DNA of 64,000 nt from Candidatus Poribacteria bacterium (lineage in GTDB: Bacteria; Poribacteria; WGA-4E; WGA-3G). The DNA lies in contig CBDANF010000003.1 of NCBI GenBank assembly GCA_965197475.1, positions 3,808,001 to 3,872,000 on the forward strand. The letters run 5' to 3'. The first letter of the stretch is position 1, and each line of letters starts with the position of its first letter. Position numbers and translations under genes: made by a program. The notes under the pieces are model-generated. The model made no database searches. It saw only the letters and a program-made list of their open reading frames with translations, and was not told where the DNA came from. Shown in pieces: positions 19,393 through 30,992 of the stretch.

Positions 19393-22300
19393 ACCCTGAG
19401 TCAAAATCCGATATGGTGATAATGTGAATCTGCCGCAAATCTGAACCTGCAAGCAGCTCATTCTGATTCGCATCATAGTTAACGTCTAACTGTGTAACAC
19501 CCGCTAACCGCGCATCATTCAAAATCTCCAACAAAGCCTCTGTATCTTCCATGTCATCTGACACGTTGCGGAACACGACTGCCCGTGTACCACTCCGAAC
19601 AACCCGATAGACCTGATCCTCTAAATCAAAACGTAGCCGCCGCTGAACTGCAAGCCCTTTAAGATAACAGTAGGTTTCCAAAACATCTACGTAACCTTCT
19701 GTGCTATCCTTACCGTAAGTGATACGATTAGAAAATGGGGCGCGCATATCCATCATCAACCGAATTTGCTGTTCCTCAGGACGATAGAGGTATTTTACGG
19801 GGAGCTCTGTCTCGGTGTTTTCGTTCGGTGGTAAGGTTGTAAGGTTGTTGAGGACATCCTCATACTGTTCCAGACGTTGATACTTGACAATGCCTACGGT
19901 GCCATCAATTTTCTTTTTTGCGTCAGGTTTACCATCTTTCCAATTTTCAGAGAACATGACGCGACGAATCCGCTCCTTCAATGTACTTTCAAAATAATTG
20001 CCCATTTCAACAAGGATAAATTTGCGATTACCTTTGTCCTTATCTTTTTCTTTATCAGTTTTGTTGAGGTTGAGTACGGCATGTCCTGTGGTGCCGCTAC
20101 CAGCAAAATAATCCAATACCATTCCATCAGATATCAGGCCGCAAGCCAGCAAACAGTCAGATACTAGAAAAACTGATTTTGGAAAGTTGAAGTTGTTATT
20201 TCCCAGAATTTCCTCCAATGCTGTTGTTCCATAGCGGGCTGCGGCATAAGTGCCCTCACTCCACCATGTTTTCGGGACAGCGTCCTCCTGCATACGTGAT
20301 TTATATTCGACTTGAATGTTATCCGCGCGTCGAACCCGGTATTCGTCTCTTTCTCTTGATACTTTTTCCCAGCCATGTCGCCACCTTTTTTCCACCCCTG
20401 CTTTAATAGGCCAGACAGACACTTCATCCTCATAAGGTTTTTCTAAAACATTATAAAAACGTGTTGACTCATCCCATGTCATATCTGGAATTCGGATAGT
20501 GTTATCTCGCTTAACGTAAATCGGATAAAACATAGTTGGCACATCTACTCTGTTATCGCCCGGAGGTCGCCGTATTAGATTGTCCCACGTAAATCGTCCT
20601 TGTGCATCTTGGTGTGGATAACTGTTTTTCTGCTTTTCTGTCTTTGGTAAACTACCAGGTGATGCTCCCGAATTTCCGTAGAAAATAGCATATTCATGCG
20701 CTGGTGAAAAATAACCTTTTCTCGCTCGTCCTTGCGGATTTGAACGCACTGCAGCAATCCCTAACTCTTTCTCAAAAAGATCTGCTAAAAGGAATCGCAA
20801 TGGCGAGATCTCTACGTCGTCAATAGCCACACAAATAATCCCTTTATTCTGTAAAAGCTCTTTTGATAACAAAAGCCGGTCGCACATTAACGACAACCAA
20901 GAAGAATTTTTATAGTCGTTTTTATATAGAATTGGAGAACCTTGAGTGTTGTACGGTGGGTCAATATATACACAATTTAATCGACTTCTATATTTTTCCT
21001 GAAGCAGGTCCAATGCCTGAAAGTTTTCGCTGTTGAGAAGCACTCCATCGATTTGTGATTCTAAATCATCAAATAGCGCGAGGAGTTTGTCAACGAAAGT
21101 TTCATCAAAATACCGCGTGTCAAGCGGTAAAGTCGGATACACCCCGTCAAGCAATGGCAGCTGCTCCCTAATGTCAATACCGAATGTGTCTCGCCAGTCA
21201 TCAAGTTGTGCCTTGTTTTCCAGAATTTGAGAGAAGAGTGCCTCACGTTTCTCAGGGTCAACTTTTGATACCTCCGAAATTTTACCTATAGAGATAAGAT
21301 AATCTGTGGTGATAACCTTTTTCTTCATCAGAAACAGCTGCTTTTGGAACGTCTCCACGGTAACAAGTAGCGCAATTACCTCATCGGTGACTCTGCGGAA
21401 TGCGGTTGCAATAGCGAACGCGGGATTTTCAGGACTGAGGTTCAGGAGTGTGTCCAAATCGCCGAGGATGATGTTTTGGATATAACGGCGTTGCTCCGTT
21501 TTAAGGAATTTATCCAAGTCTTTATGGATAAAGTAATCGGAATCCATGCCAACAAAAAAGGTGTTTAAATATTTATCAAATGTGTGGAATCTACGTACTC
21601 TTGGGCGTTTTTCAAGTGTTGCCTGCCGTTCTGTTTTGTTTTTACCGAGTGCCTTGTCCCTGAAGTCAAGTCGGTCTGCCAACTTTCCCGCATAGTTTGT
21701 CAAGTTAACTTGCAGTGCCTTAATACCTTGCAATTTTCCGTTTTGCACCTTGTCGTAAGTATCTGCCAAGTCCTTAAAGATCGGTTTGCTTTGTTCCTTA
21801 CCCTTCTTTGGGCGTTCGTGCAGATAGATATTCACATCATCTGTCTCGCCAAAAATCTGCACGTTCATCTCACGATATATCTCCACTTTTGGCGTTGAGG
21901 TTTCTGCTAAATGGAGAATAACACACCATGTTGGCTCAGCGTTACCGGGTTCGGGCGGTTCAATTCTATCAAAGCGGTAGTGTTTAAAATTATCACGGTT
22001 ACTGTTCTGTGCAATACTGGAGCTCGCTTTTCCTTCTAACCGATATTCAATCCGTTTACCTTCAATCTCAAAGGCTACGCTATTGAAACCCGTTGCAGTT
22101 TTTACATAATAACTGTCCCGACATTTCCAATGAAAAAGTATATCAGTCCCGTTATAGTTTGTCTCATCAGGATAATTTATTTTATAATGTGCGGTACTTC
22201 TGTCGTTGTAACCGAAATCCCCATCTCTGTAGTAACCTTCAAAAAAGTTGTGGATGTGATTATAGACACGAAAAGCAAGGTGTGCTTTGAGTTTATCTGG

Positions 22301-22666
22301 GTCGGTTTGTAATGGGGAGATAAGTTCTTCCTGATCTTCAGTCTGAAGAAAATCTATGAGTGTTTGAGCTTCCATTACAATGTTCTCAAGACACTCCCTA
22401 TGCCTCCGGCTACCATATTCATTTACATATTCCTTGACCAGTGTAAGTTGACTGTCGTAAAGTGCCTTGGCAACTTCTGTGAGTGCTTCGTCAACTATTG
22501 CAGGCAACTTTTCATCTATGAATTGGTTGACTTCATCACGTTTGATTTTGAGGATGCGAAAGATACCGAAGTCCAGATCGGTATGTGTGAAATGAAACAT
22601 TTCGCGGAGTTTTTCGCGAAGGGTGTTAAGTGCATCGGTTGTAGGATTAATTTCTGGCATTGACAT
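19367..22666 (-). CDS. mod: Type III R-M methyltransferase subunit
   Basis: DLDFGIFRI N-terminus, YIDPPYN (motif IV), FPKS, LDYFAGSGTT (motif I), RKFILVE. Confidence 0.9.
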   Translation of the reverse strand: MSMPEINPTTDALNTLREKLREMFHFTHTDLDFGIFRILKIKRDEVNQFIDEKLPAIVDEALTEVAKALYDSQLTLVKEYVNEYGSRRHRECLENIVMEAQTLIDFLQTEDQEELISPLQTDPDKLKAHLAFRVYNHIHNFFEGYYRDGDFGYNDRSTAHYKINYPDETNYNGTDILFHWKCRDSYYVKTATGFNSVAFEIEGKRIEYRLEGKASSSIAQNSNRDNFKHYRFDRIEPPEPGNAEPTWCVILHLAETSTPKVEIYREMNVQIFGETDDVNIYLHERPKKGKEQSKPIFKDLADTYDKVQNGKLQGIKALQVNLTNYAGKLADRLDFRDKALGKNKTERQATLEKRPRVRRFHTFDKYLNTFFVGMDSDYFIHKDLDKFLKTEQRRYIQNIILGDLDTLLNLSPENPAFAIATAFRRVTDEVIALLVTVETFQKQLFLMKKKVITTDYLISIGKISEVSKVDPEKREALFSQILENKAQLDDWRDTFGIDIREQLPLLDGVYPTLPLDTRYFDETFVDKLLALFDDLESQIDGVLLNSENFQALDLLQEKYRSRLNCVYIDPPYNTQGSPILYKNDYKNSSWLSLMCDRLLLSKELLQNKGIICVAIDDVEISPLRFLLADLFEKELGIAAVRSNPQGRARKGYFSPAHEYAIFYGNSGASPGSLPKTEKQKNSYPHQDAQGRFTWDNLIRRPPGDNRVDVPTMFYPIYVKRDNTIRIPDMTWDESTRFYNVLEKPYEDEVSVWPIKAGVEKRWRHGWEKVSRERDEYRVRRADNIQVEYKSRMQEDAVPKTWWSEGTYAAARYGTTALEEILGNNNFNFPKSVFLVSDCLLACGLISDGMVLDYFAGSGTTGHAVLNLNKTDKEKDKDKGNRKFILVEMGNYFESTLKERIRRVMFSENWKDGKPDAKKKIDGTVGIVKYQRLEQYEDVLNNLTTLPPNENTETELPVKYLYRPEEQQIRLMMDMRAPFSNRITYGKDSTEGYVDVLETYCYLKGLAVQRRLRFDLEDQVYRVVRSGTRAVVFRNVSDDMEDTEALLEILNDARLAGVTQLDVNYDANQNELLAGSDLRQIHIITISDFDSGSVWDTVEI

Positions 22667-22884
22667 ATTGTCCTATATCTGTTCGTATATTCAACAAATT
22701 ACAAGAGATAGCGAAAAATGTCAAGCGATAAATTCTATGAGCTGCGTAAGGGTGTGTAAAGTTTTTGTACGAAGTCATATTGAGTAAAACATAAGGATGT
22801 GGTAAAATAGGGAAAGAAAAGGGTATAATTTATGTCCCATTCTTTCCACTTCAGATACCGATTTACTTTATGAAAGGTGTTATT

Positions 22885-23323
22885 ATGGCAAACGAGGCTC
22901 AAAAATCACCAAAATACAACTGTATTCCCAAACAGGTTTCCCGTAAAGATTTTGCCCGAAGCATTCACCGATCTTATCGCCTTTGCTAATCGTATTGGAA
23001 TGGATCTTAGTGCTTCCGTTCTAACACTGGATTCCGGTTTTGATTCCAAAGAGAATCATAAGATTATCAAACAACACGGGCTGCTCCCGGTGATATATCC
23101 GAACCGACGGAATGCCAAAGAACCTATTGTAATTGCCCGTCCGTTCCGGTGGTTTAACAAAGAAATGGACAAAGACCGATATAAAGTGGAGCGAACCTTT
23201 GGTTGGCAAGGGACTTATCGGAAACTTGCCCTTAGTTATGATAAACTCAAAGAAACCCGTTTAGGTTTTCGTAATTTAGCATATTCAATGATAAACTTTC
23301 GGAGAACTTTCAACGATGCTTAG
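22885..23323 (+). mobile_element. Internally deleted IS5-family transposase remnant
   Basis: N-terminal MANEAQKSPKYNCIPKQVSRKDF joined out of frame to the DDE C-terminus (LDSGFDS, RYKVERTFGW, YRKL..YDK). Confidence 0.7.
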
Positions 23324-23355
23324 CTCGTACTCGCTATGAGTTCATAAATTGAAGA

Positions 23356-24585
23356 TCAGTTCCACGCCATACTAATTTTGGTGATAGCCTCCACAACCTG
23401 ATCCATGTCCGATTCTGATCCAAGGAGAAGATTTTGGAAAAGCCACACACTCTGATCACAAACTAATTCGGCATTTGGGCATGGCAATGACCGTATAAGA
23501 TGCGGGTATTTATCAGCGACGTGTGCCATTCCCGGCTCCTGAGATAAAGGAGAACGGTAACCGATTGAACACGGTATCCCTTCTGCAGATAGGGCGTTGA
23601 CGAATTCCTGTCTCGATTTTCCTCCGAAGCCATCAGGATCATACTTCATACAGTAAAGGTGGTACCCATGTTTTGTAACCCATGCTGCAAGTTTTGGGGG
23701 TGTGATTCCTGAAATCGTTTTCAACGAATTTGAGAGATAGGTTGCATTTCGATTGCGAAGGTCGGTTTGCGCCTCAAGGAGTTCTAAGCGCACCAATAAG
23801 ATTGCTGCGAGATATTCAGATGGACGGTAGTTCCACCCAAGCCGTGGATATTCCCATCTTGCACCGCCGGGCGCACGTCCCACATTCATGAAGGCACAAA
23901 CACGGTCGTGGATATCTTTGTCGTCTGTCGTAACCATGCCACCTTCACCAGAAGTAAGATTTTTCGACGATTGAAAACTAAATGCACCCACATCACCAAG
24001 ACTACCAACCTTTTTTCTCAGGTATTCTGCACCGTGTGCCTGCGCGCAATCTTCAATAATTTTGAGCTGATGATGTTTGGCAATTTCTTGTAACGCGCCC
24101 ATATCTACTGGATGTCCACCGAGGTGGACAGGGAGAATTGCACAAGTTTCTGATCGAATCGCAGCCGCTACCGCTTCGGGATCAATCGTAAACGTATTAG
24201 GGCAAATATCCACAAACGCGACGGTACATCTACGTTCCAAAACAGCACTTGCTGTCGCTACAAACGTATAGTTTGGAACGATGACTTCTCCGCCATCGCT
24301 GAACCCATCAAGGTCAAGCGCACCAGCTAACGCTGCACTGATAGAATCTGTCCCGTGTGGCATAAAAAGGGCGTAATTTGTGCCAGAATATACAGCATAT
24401 TGCTCACAAAAACGTGGTATCATTGTGCCACCTAATCCTTCGTTACCACTCATATAGACATCACGAAGCAACGGCTCAATCTGCAATTCCCATTCATCAG
24501 ATGTCCGTATCGGCCAGAAGGGCCACGGGTGGGTTTGTGTGTTTCGTACAGGCGTGCCGCCAGAAATCGTTAACTGGTTGGACAT
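23356..24585 (-). CDS. DegT/DnrJ/EryC1/StrS PLP aminotransferase
   Basis: YTFVATA, PVHLGG, IEDCAQAHG, FSFQSSKNLTSGEGG, GWNYR. Confidence 0.9.
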   Translation of the reverse strand: MSNQLTISGGTPVRNTQTHPWPFWPIRTSDEWELQIEPLLRDVYMSGNEGLGGTMIPRFCEQYAVYSGTNYALFMPHGTDSISAALAGALDLDGFSDGGEVIVPNYTFVATASAVLERRCTVAFVDICPNTFTIDPEAVAAAIRSETCAILPVHLGGHPVDMGALQEIAKHHQLKIIEDCAQAHGAEYLRKKVGSLGDVGAFSFQSSKNLTSGEGGMVTTDDKDIHDRVCAFMNVGRAPGGARWEYPRLGWNYRPSEYLAAILLVRLELLEAQTDLRNRNATYLSNSLKTISGITPPKLAAWVTKHGYHLYCMKYDPDGFGGKSRQEFVNALSAEGIPCSIGYRSPLSQEPGMAHVADKYPHLIRSLPCPNAELVCDQSVWLFQNLLLGSESDMDQVVEAITKISMAWN

Positions 24586-24760
24586 GTGAGTCTCCGAAGG
24601 GTATAAAAATCGGTTGTAAATTATTGTGTAATTTACATTTTGTAACCCACAGGATACCCTAATATAGAAATAATTGCAAGGAAAATAAGACGCAGCAAAA
24701 TAGTTGACATTTTGCTTTGGAATATGTTAATATGTTATTATGAAATTTTGGGGGGAGGAG

Positions 24761-27700
24761 ATGAAAGAAGAATGAATGACGGAATTGATGGAGAACAAGA
24801 CCCATCGCAAGTAACAGGCGGAGTTACGAACCTTGTCCCGGAGTTAAACCCTCAGCAACGCGACATTCACTTAAACCTGAAAAATATTGGAGAAGAAATA
24901 GCCGCCTTCTATCTGGATGGGCTCAAAATTCTTCATGTTAGGAATCTGCAAACCGCAGCGAGTCTGTTAGGGCATCTTGCCAAGGAAATTGACAGTGGTT
25001 TAAAAGATCTTCTGCCGACAAAAGAGGATACTAAGAAAATATTTAACCTACTTGATGGAAAGGGGTTTGCACAACCAAAACAAATTGCATTAATCCTAGC
25101 AGCCTTAGACTTAGATATTGATAATTTGCGATCATCTACGCCATTGACAAATCATGACAGGGCACGAATGGAGAATCGTCTGTAGGAACAACGGATTAAG
25201 TCTATCAAAAAAACTTGCTTCAATTTTTAAAACACTAAATCTGGATATTGATAATTTACCGCCTTCAAATGTTGCAAACCGTGTAAATATTGCTACCCAC
25301 TGGATAGATGTTTCAATAAGATTTAACGATTTCGACCACGATCATGGTGTTGGAAAACCTCCTCGGCCGCTAGAAGAATTTATGCCCCTTTGGGAAACTT
25401 TTGAGGGTGTTCTAGCAAATCTAGTAGGGAGTTACCTCAATTTTTCCTCTCATGTAATAAAACAAATTCTTGACCACAAGGTTCCTACTAAGGAAATAAA
25501 AAATACTTTGCCTAATATGGTAAAACCTGATCCGTTAGAAGCTGGGCCAGGATATCCATATTTCTTTGGAGAACTTAAACATCGCGGATGGTTGGAATTC
25601 CTGAATAACGCTGAATATTTCAATCCAAAATACAATCCTCCGCCCCAAGAAGTGCCTGATCAGCCCGGATACTATAGGACTCCCAGCTGGCATGCTCTGG
25701 AATACGTAGTGGAGGTCGCAGACCAAACTAAAAATCGACGATCTGGCCAGATAATCAGAATCCTGGTCGAAATAGTTGATGCTATCATCAATTATACTGA
25801 CGACAATGGGGAGAGAATTGAGAATGATCGTACAGACCTGCAGATTATCAAAATTATCGCTGTACTTCCAACGGACAGGATAGAATCTCAACATATCGCT
25901 TTTATGGGAACAGCACTGAAATCCAAATGGAACAGTGGAACAGTGGATCAAGAAATAGGTCAAACAATTCTACCTAAGTTTCTTGATGGAGGCGTACAAA
26001 AGTTAACCCTTGAACTACTCAAAATAATGCTTGAAGTCAGATCTGTTGATGGGCGAATCTGTCCTATAATGGATGAGCATTGGCTTGAAGATGCCCTCAA
26101 AAAACATGGGCAAGCTATCGCGAATTTATGTGGCGTTGAAGCTGCACAGATTGCACTTACGCAAATCCGAACACTTGCTAATGCAGATGCTTATCTGTTT
26201 AATTTCATACAATTAGTTGAAAGTGATCTTTCTCAACTCTCACATGCGGATTACACGGAATTGGTAGTAAGTTTTACAAGTTGTCTCTTTCAGTATGCTG
26301 AACCTAATAATATCAAGGAAACAGTCCAAGCTCTGCTAAACGAACCACATACCATTATTAGACGGATTGCAGTCAAATCGATAAGCCAACATTACGGCAA
26401 TTTGAAACAAATGTTTTGGGAATGGGAAGGCAATCCACTTGATGAATATGAATTGAAACCCGAAATGTACCAATTGATTCAAACCAATAGTTCTACTTTT
26501 GACGATGACGAAATGGAGCAGATATTACAATGGATAGAATCAACCCAGAACTAACAGACAATAAAGACGACGAAACGCAGGCGAAATATGTGGCTTACAG
26601 AAGGCGCGAATGGCTTTCTGCGCTTTTGGAAACAGGCAATGAAAAGGTTGCTACAACCTATAAAAAATATGACCAACTACATAAAGAAAATATAAAGAAT
26701 TCTGGGATTATGCCTAAGTCAGGGGCAATCAGTCCTATGAGACCACTGACAGTTAATGAACTTTCTAAGATGTCAAATACTCAGGTCGCTGCTTATCTGA
26801 ATGATTACAAAGAAGCAAAAATTATCGGTTTGCCAGACCTTGAAGGTCAAGGACTCGCGGATACGTTAGCAAAATGTGTGGAAGCGGACCCTCAACGGTT
26901 TTCGGATAATCTGCTACCCTTCCAAGGAGTTCGCAATCTGTACCTATCTTCACTATTACAAGGTTTCCACAACGCGTGGCGAAATGGAAAAGAGTTCAAC
27001 TGGGCGGTACTGCTGAAATTCATATATCAAACCTTCTCGTCCAAACGATTCTGGACCGAGCAGTATGAAACTGGCTTTAACTATAGGAATTGGTTTTTTT
27101 CCGGTGCAGCAGATTTAATATCAGAGGGAACAAAAAGTGATAAACATGCATTTGATGCACAACTTTTGCCTCTTGCAGAACAAATTTTATTGGTTCTCGT
27201 AGAAAATGCTCAACAGAGTGTGTCAACCCTCAATAATCTCTCTACCGATGTCCTGAATTCAGATAGAGGTAAAGTGTTTTCGGCAATGATAAACTATGCC
27301 TTACGGTTCGCCCGTACAAACGAAGATGAACTTGAAGATTGCCGATGGCCACAGTCCATCAGAACAGATTTCACCAAAAGATTAGATAGAAACGTTGAAC
27401 CATCGCTTGAGTTTTCTTATACGCTTGGGATTTACTTACCATACTTGGCATATCTTGATGAAAGGTGGGTTATAGAGAATATAGACAGCATTTTCCCACA
27501 GCATGATGAAGATCATTGGCAAGCCGCTTTTTCTGGATATTTGTTACATCCCGGAGTCCGCGAGGAATTTTATTCTTTGCTAAAAACACACGGACACTAT
27601 CGAAAAGCATTGAGTACCCATTTTGCTGACGCTGAAGTGTTAGATAGACTTGTTAAGCATATCTGTACCGGTTGGATAGAAGATAGCGAAGCTTTGAATG

Positions 27701-28251
27701 ATAAAAGCAGCCTTATTTATCAGTTGATACACAGTGGTAACCCAAATCTTCTTTCTAGCGTAGTCTATTTTTTCTCGCGCCGCAAGGATAATCTATCCGA
27801 CAAAGTAAAGGTAAAAGTTATGCCAGCGTGGCGTGCCTTGTTTAAAATCCTTTCGCAACATAGTGAAGAAAAGGAATATCAGGCAGTTTTAAGTCTTCTT
27901 TCCATGTGGTTAGGGCTAATTGATAAAATAGATGATGAAGTGCTCGCTTGGATAAGAGTATCCATGAACTATCTTGACAAGGTCCCAGGTTACGCTTTTA
28001 CCTTATCAAGTGTTATTGAGGCTTTGCAGAGACATGTGTTGACAACACCTCAGAAAGTTGGGAAAATTTATTTGGAAATTCCTACGCGTGAAATGTGGTT
28101 CCTCGGACAAACGCAAAAAGTCGAAGTTGAAGAAACCGTTCGAATTCTATATAAAAAAGGGTATAAGGATATTGCCAATGAAATTTGCAATCGATTCGGA
28201 AAGGCAGGAGTTGACTTTTTAAGATCCGTTTATGAAGAATATCAGACTTAG
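24761..28251 (+). pseudogene. Disrupted ~1150-aa protein: HEPN-like N-terminus plus long alpha-helical repeat region
   Basis: Three overlapping co-directional ORFs (24712-25185, 25154-26554, 26530-28251); TAG at 25183-25185, then a frameshift in an A-run near 25210 and another near 26545. Confidence 0.6.
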
Positions 28252-28347
28252 TTATTCTCAAGGTAGTAGGAAAAATATTGATTTCAAAGGAGAATTTTTT
28301 AGTATCCATTCAATCTCTTTAATGGCCAAAGGGAAAGAACAGCACTT

Positions 28348-29952
28348 ATGAAAAAATATAATAGCATTTCCTTAATTTTATGCTTAATTCTTGCAGAAAT
28401 CCTCCTTTTCAACATTTGTATTGGAAAAGCAAATGACGCAGACAGAGTTGTCATCGCCGAATTTGAATGGAGAGGAAAACAGCAAATTACTTTTGAAGAT
28501 ATGATGAAAGAAATTAGTCAGCTGCCAGAACACAAGCAACGTCAATATCAAAGTAAAGAGGGACTTGTGACCTATATGCAACTCATGGCAGAGAGTCGAT
28601 TAATTCTTTGTCTCGCAAAAGACAAAAAACTCAACGAAGATCCACAAATTCTTCAGAAGGTCAAAGATTATCACCATGAATTAATAGGTAGTAAAAGAAG
28701 GATCGGCCACCCCGAGAATTTCCAGGTAACGTCCGAGCATTTCAAAAAACTAGAGGACTATACCCATCAACTGATGATAGAAAAACTTACTGAAATCGAA
28801 GTAGATGCAAAAGTAAGTTATACTGATGAAGATCTTATGTCTTATTACGAAGCACATAAGAATTACTACGTTAGTGAAGCTAAAGTTCGCGCAACTTGTA
28901 TCACATTTAAAGATGAAGATCTAGCTAACAAAACTTTAAAAGTCATCAAGGCCGGTAGAGATATAATTGAGATGGCAAAGCAACTCTTTGAAGAAGGCAA
29001 ATTAGCAGATGGACCAGGGACTACTGAAGAAGACCCTGGTAACACCTTTTTCTTTTCTAGAACTGCTTCGATTCCTTGGTCGGAATTCATTAATGCTGTT
29101 TTTGTCATGAAGGTTGGCGAAATGACAGATGTCGTCTTTGAGACTAAAGTTAATGATGAAACTTATTATCTTATTTTCAGGAAAGAGGAACAGCAACCGG
29201 CTCGCAATCAATCGTTTGATGAAGCCAAAAACGACGTTGAGCGAAAAGTCAAGCAGAACAAGCAACGTACTCGAATCATTGAATGGATAACAGAATTATC
29301 TGAAAAAGGTAGACTCAAAACCTATCCAAAAAAAATATCTGAACTATTTTATCTCGGTGAGTTAACTGTACAAACCCCACAGCAAATCGCCAAAAAAGCC
29401 TTAGCCTCTACAGTCTTAGTCGTTATGGAAGATGCCAATAGACACCCGCTGAGCTCAGGGAGTGGTTTCTTTGTAGAGCGCGGCATGATTGCCACTAATC
29501 TTCACGTCGTAGAAGGAGTACTGAGAGGATATGTTAAACGTGTTGGGACTGATAGAAAGTACCCTATAGCAGGTATTGTCGCTATGGATTCTCGACAAGA
29601 TTTAGCTATTATCAAGGTTTCAGATATTGGCGCGCCGTTCCTTCCCCTCGGCAAAAGTGATAAAGTACAGGTTGGTGAGTCTGTCTACATCGCTGGCAAT
29701 CCGATAGGGTTTTTGGAAGGAACATTTTCAGATGGTATCGTCAGTGGTGTCCGTAAATTCAAGGTTAGTAGCGAACGTATCCAAATTACTGCACCGATTT
29801 CCAAAGGTAGCAGTGGCGGTCCTGTGCTTAACAGCAAAGGAGAGGTTATCGGTATTGCAGTATCAACTATAACAGCAGGACAGAATCTGAACTTTGCCAT
29901 TCCTGCAAACTATCTTAAGAAATTGCTTTCTAAGGTGGGAACGCGGAAATAA
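28348..29952 (+). CDS. PrsA/SurA-like PpiC chaperone fused to a trypsin-like (S1) serine protease
   Basis: Signal peptide, SurA_N/PpiC-like region, then GSGFFV, TNLHV, DLAIIK, GSSGGP catalytic triad; no PDZ domain. Confidence 0.75.
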   Translation: MKKYNSISLILCLILAEILLFNICIGKANDADRVVIAEFEWRGKQQITFEDMMKEISQLPEHKQRQYQSKEGLVTYMQLMAESRLILCLAKDKKLNEDPQILQKVKDYHHELIGSKRRIGHPENFQVTSEHFKKLEDYTHQLMIEKLTEIEVDAKVSYTDEDLMSYYEAHKNYYVSEAKVRATCITFKDEDLANKTLKVIKAGRDIIEMAKQLFEEGKLADGPGTTEEDPGNTFFFSRTASIPWSEFINAVFVMKVGEMTDVVFETKVNDETYYLIFRKEEQQPARNQSFDEAKNDVERKVKQNKQRTRIIEWITELSEKGRLKTYPKKISELFYLGELTVQTPQQIAKKALASTVLVVMEDANRHPLSSGSGFFVERGMIATNLHVVEGVLRGYVKRVGTDRKYPIAGIVAMDSRQDLAIIKVSDIGAPFLPLGKSDKVQVGESVYIAGNPIGFLEGTFSDGIVSGVRKFKVSSERIQITAPISKGSSGGPVLNSKGEVIGIAVSTITAGQNLNFAIPANYLKKLLSKVGTRK

Positions 29953-30239
29953 AAATTTGGCAAACGAAATTAACGACCCATCCAATTTTCAGAGTCGCTT
30001 TAAATAACATCTACCCTTAACCTCCCACAAACCCATACCCAGACTGAATTTATTGCAACTTTTCTATTTATAGATTTTTCACATTTACTCTGAAAACCCT
30101 GAAATTTCCTATCTTTTCTATCCATAAAATTCCAAACAAATTTCCACATTTTAATTCCCACCGTCTCAAAAAACATGTTATAATATTAACGCACTCCAAG
30201 AGACGAATCTAAACTTGCTTTTACAGAGGAGAAATCATA

Positions 30240-30982
30240 ATGCCTAAAGTTACCTTTGTGTTGTTACTATGCTCACTAATTATCACGAGTCTAAGTATTG
30301 CGAACCCTGCTGAAGACGGTCTCGTCGCTTATTGGTCTTTTGACGAGGGCACTGGCAAAACAGCAGCAGATGCTACTGGCAACGGACATGATGGAGAATT
30401 TAAGGGTGCACCCAAATGGGTTGCGGGGAAATTCGGGACCGCACTGGAATTTGACGGCGTGGATGACCACGTTGCAGTTGCAGATAACGCCGCACTGGAC
30501 ATACAAGAAAATATCACGCTGATGGCATGGTTCAGTCCAAACGATGTCCTAACGAGCCGCCGTTTGATGGTTAAGAATAACTCTATCTTCGTCATTTTTG
30601 ACTTCGGCAACACGAACAGCATTGATTTTCTCGTGAAACCGGACAATACTTTTGCTGAATCTAAAACAACCGATTGGAAAGTTGGTGAATGGTATCATTT
30701 CGCCGGAACGTTTGATGGAAAGACTTTGAAGGTCTATATAAACGGTAAATTAGAAGGTGAAAAAGCTAACAATGTCAAAATTGCGCCCTCCGATTTAGAA
30801 CTGTGGATAGGCGGGGATGATAACGGTCGAGCGACTGACTGGTTTCCGGTAAAATAGATGAGGTTCGGCTTTACGACAAGACCCTAAGCGAAGCGGACAT
30901 CCAAAGAGTCATGGATACACCCGCGGACGTGGAAGCACAGGGAAAACCCACCACAACGTGGGGAAAAATAAAGGGTTTTTAG
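30240..30982 (+). pseudogene. Secreted LamG (Laminin_G_3) protein, frameshift near 30847
   Basis: LVAYWSFDEG, GKFGTALEFDG, WYHFAGTFDG; an alternate frame gives GKIDEVRLY...DVEAQGKPTTTWGKIKGF*. Confidence 0.75.
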
Positions 30983-30992
30983 AGGAATTTGT

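Noticed and set aside
19367-22666. Phase-variable mod (phasevarion)
   Set aside because: No simple-sequence repeat tract seen in the gene or upstream
23356-24585. DegT aminotransferase as part of the defence island (DNA modification)
   Set aside because: Ordinary stand-alone family member separated from mod by an IS remnant; no linked modification genes
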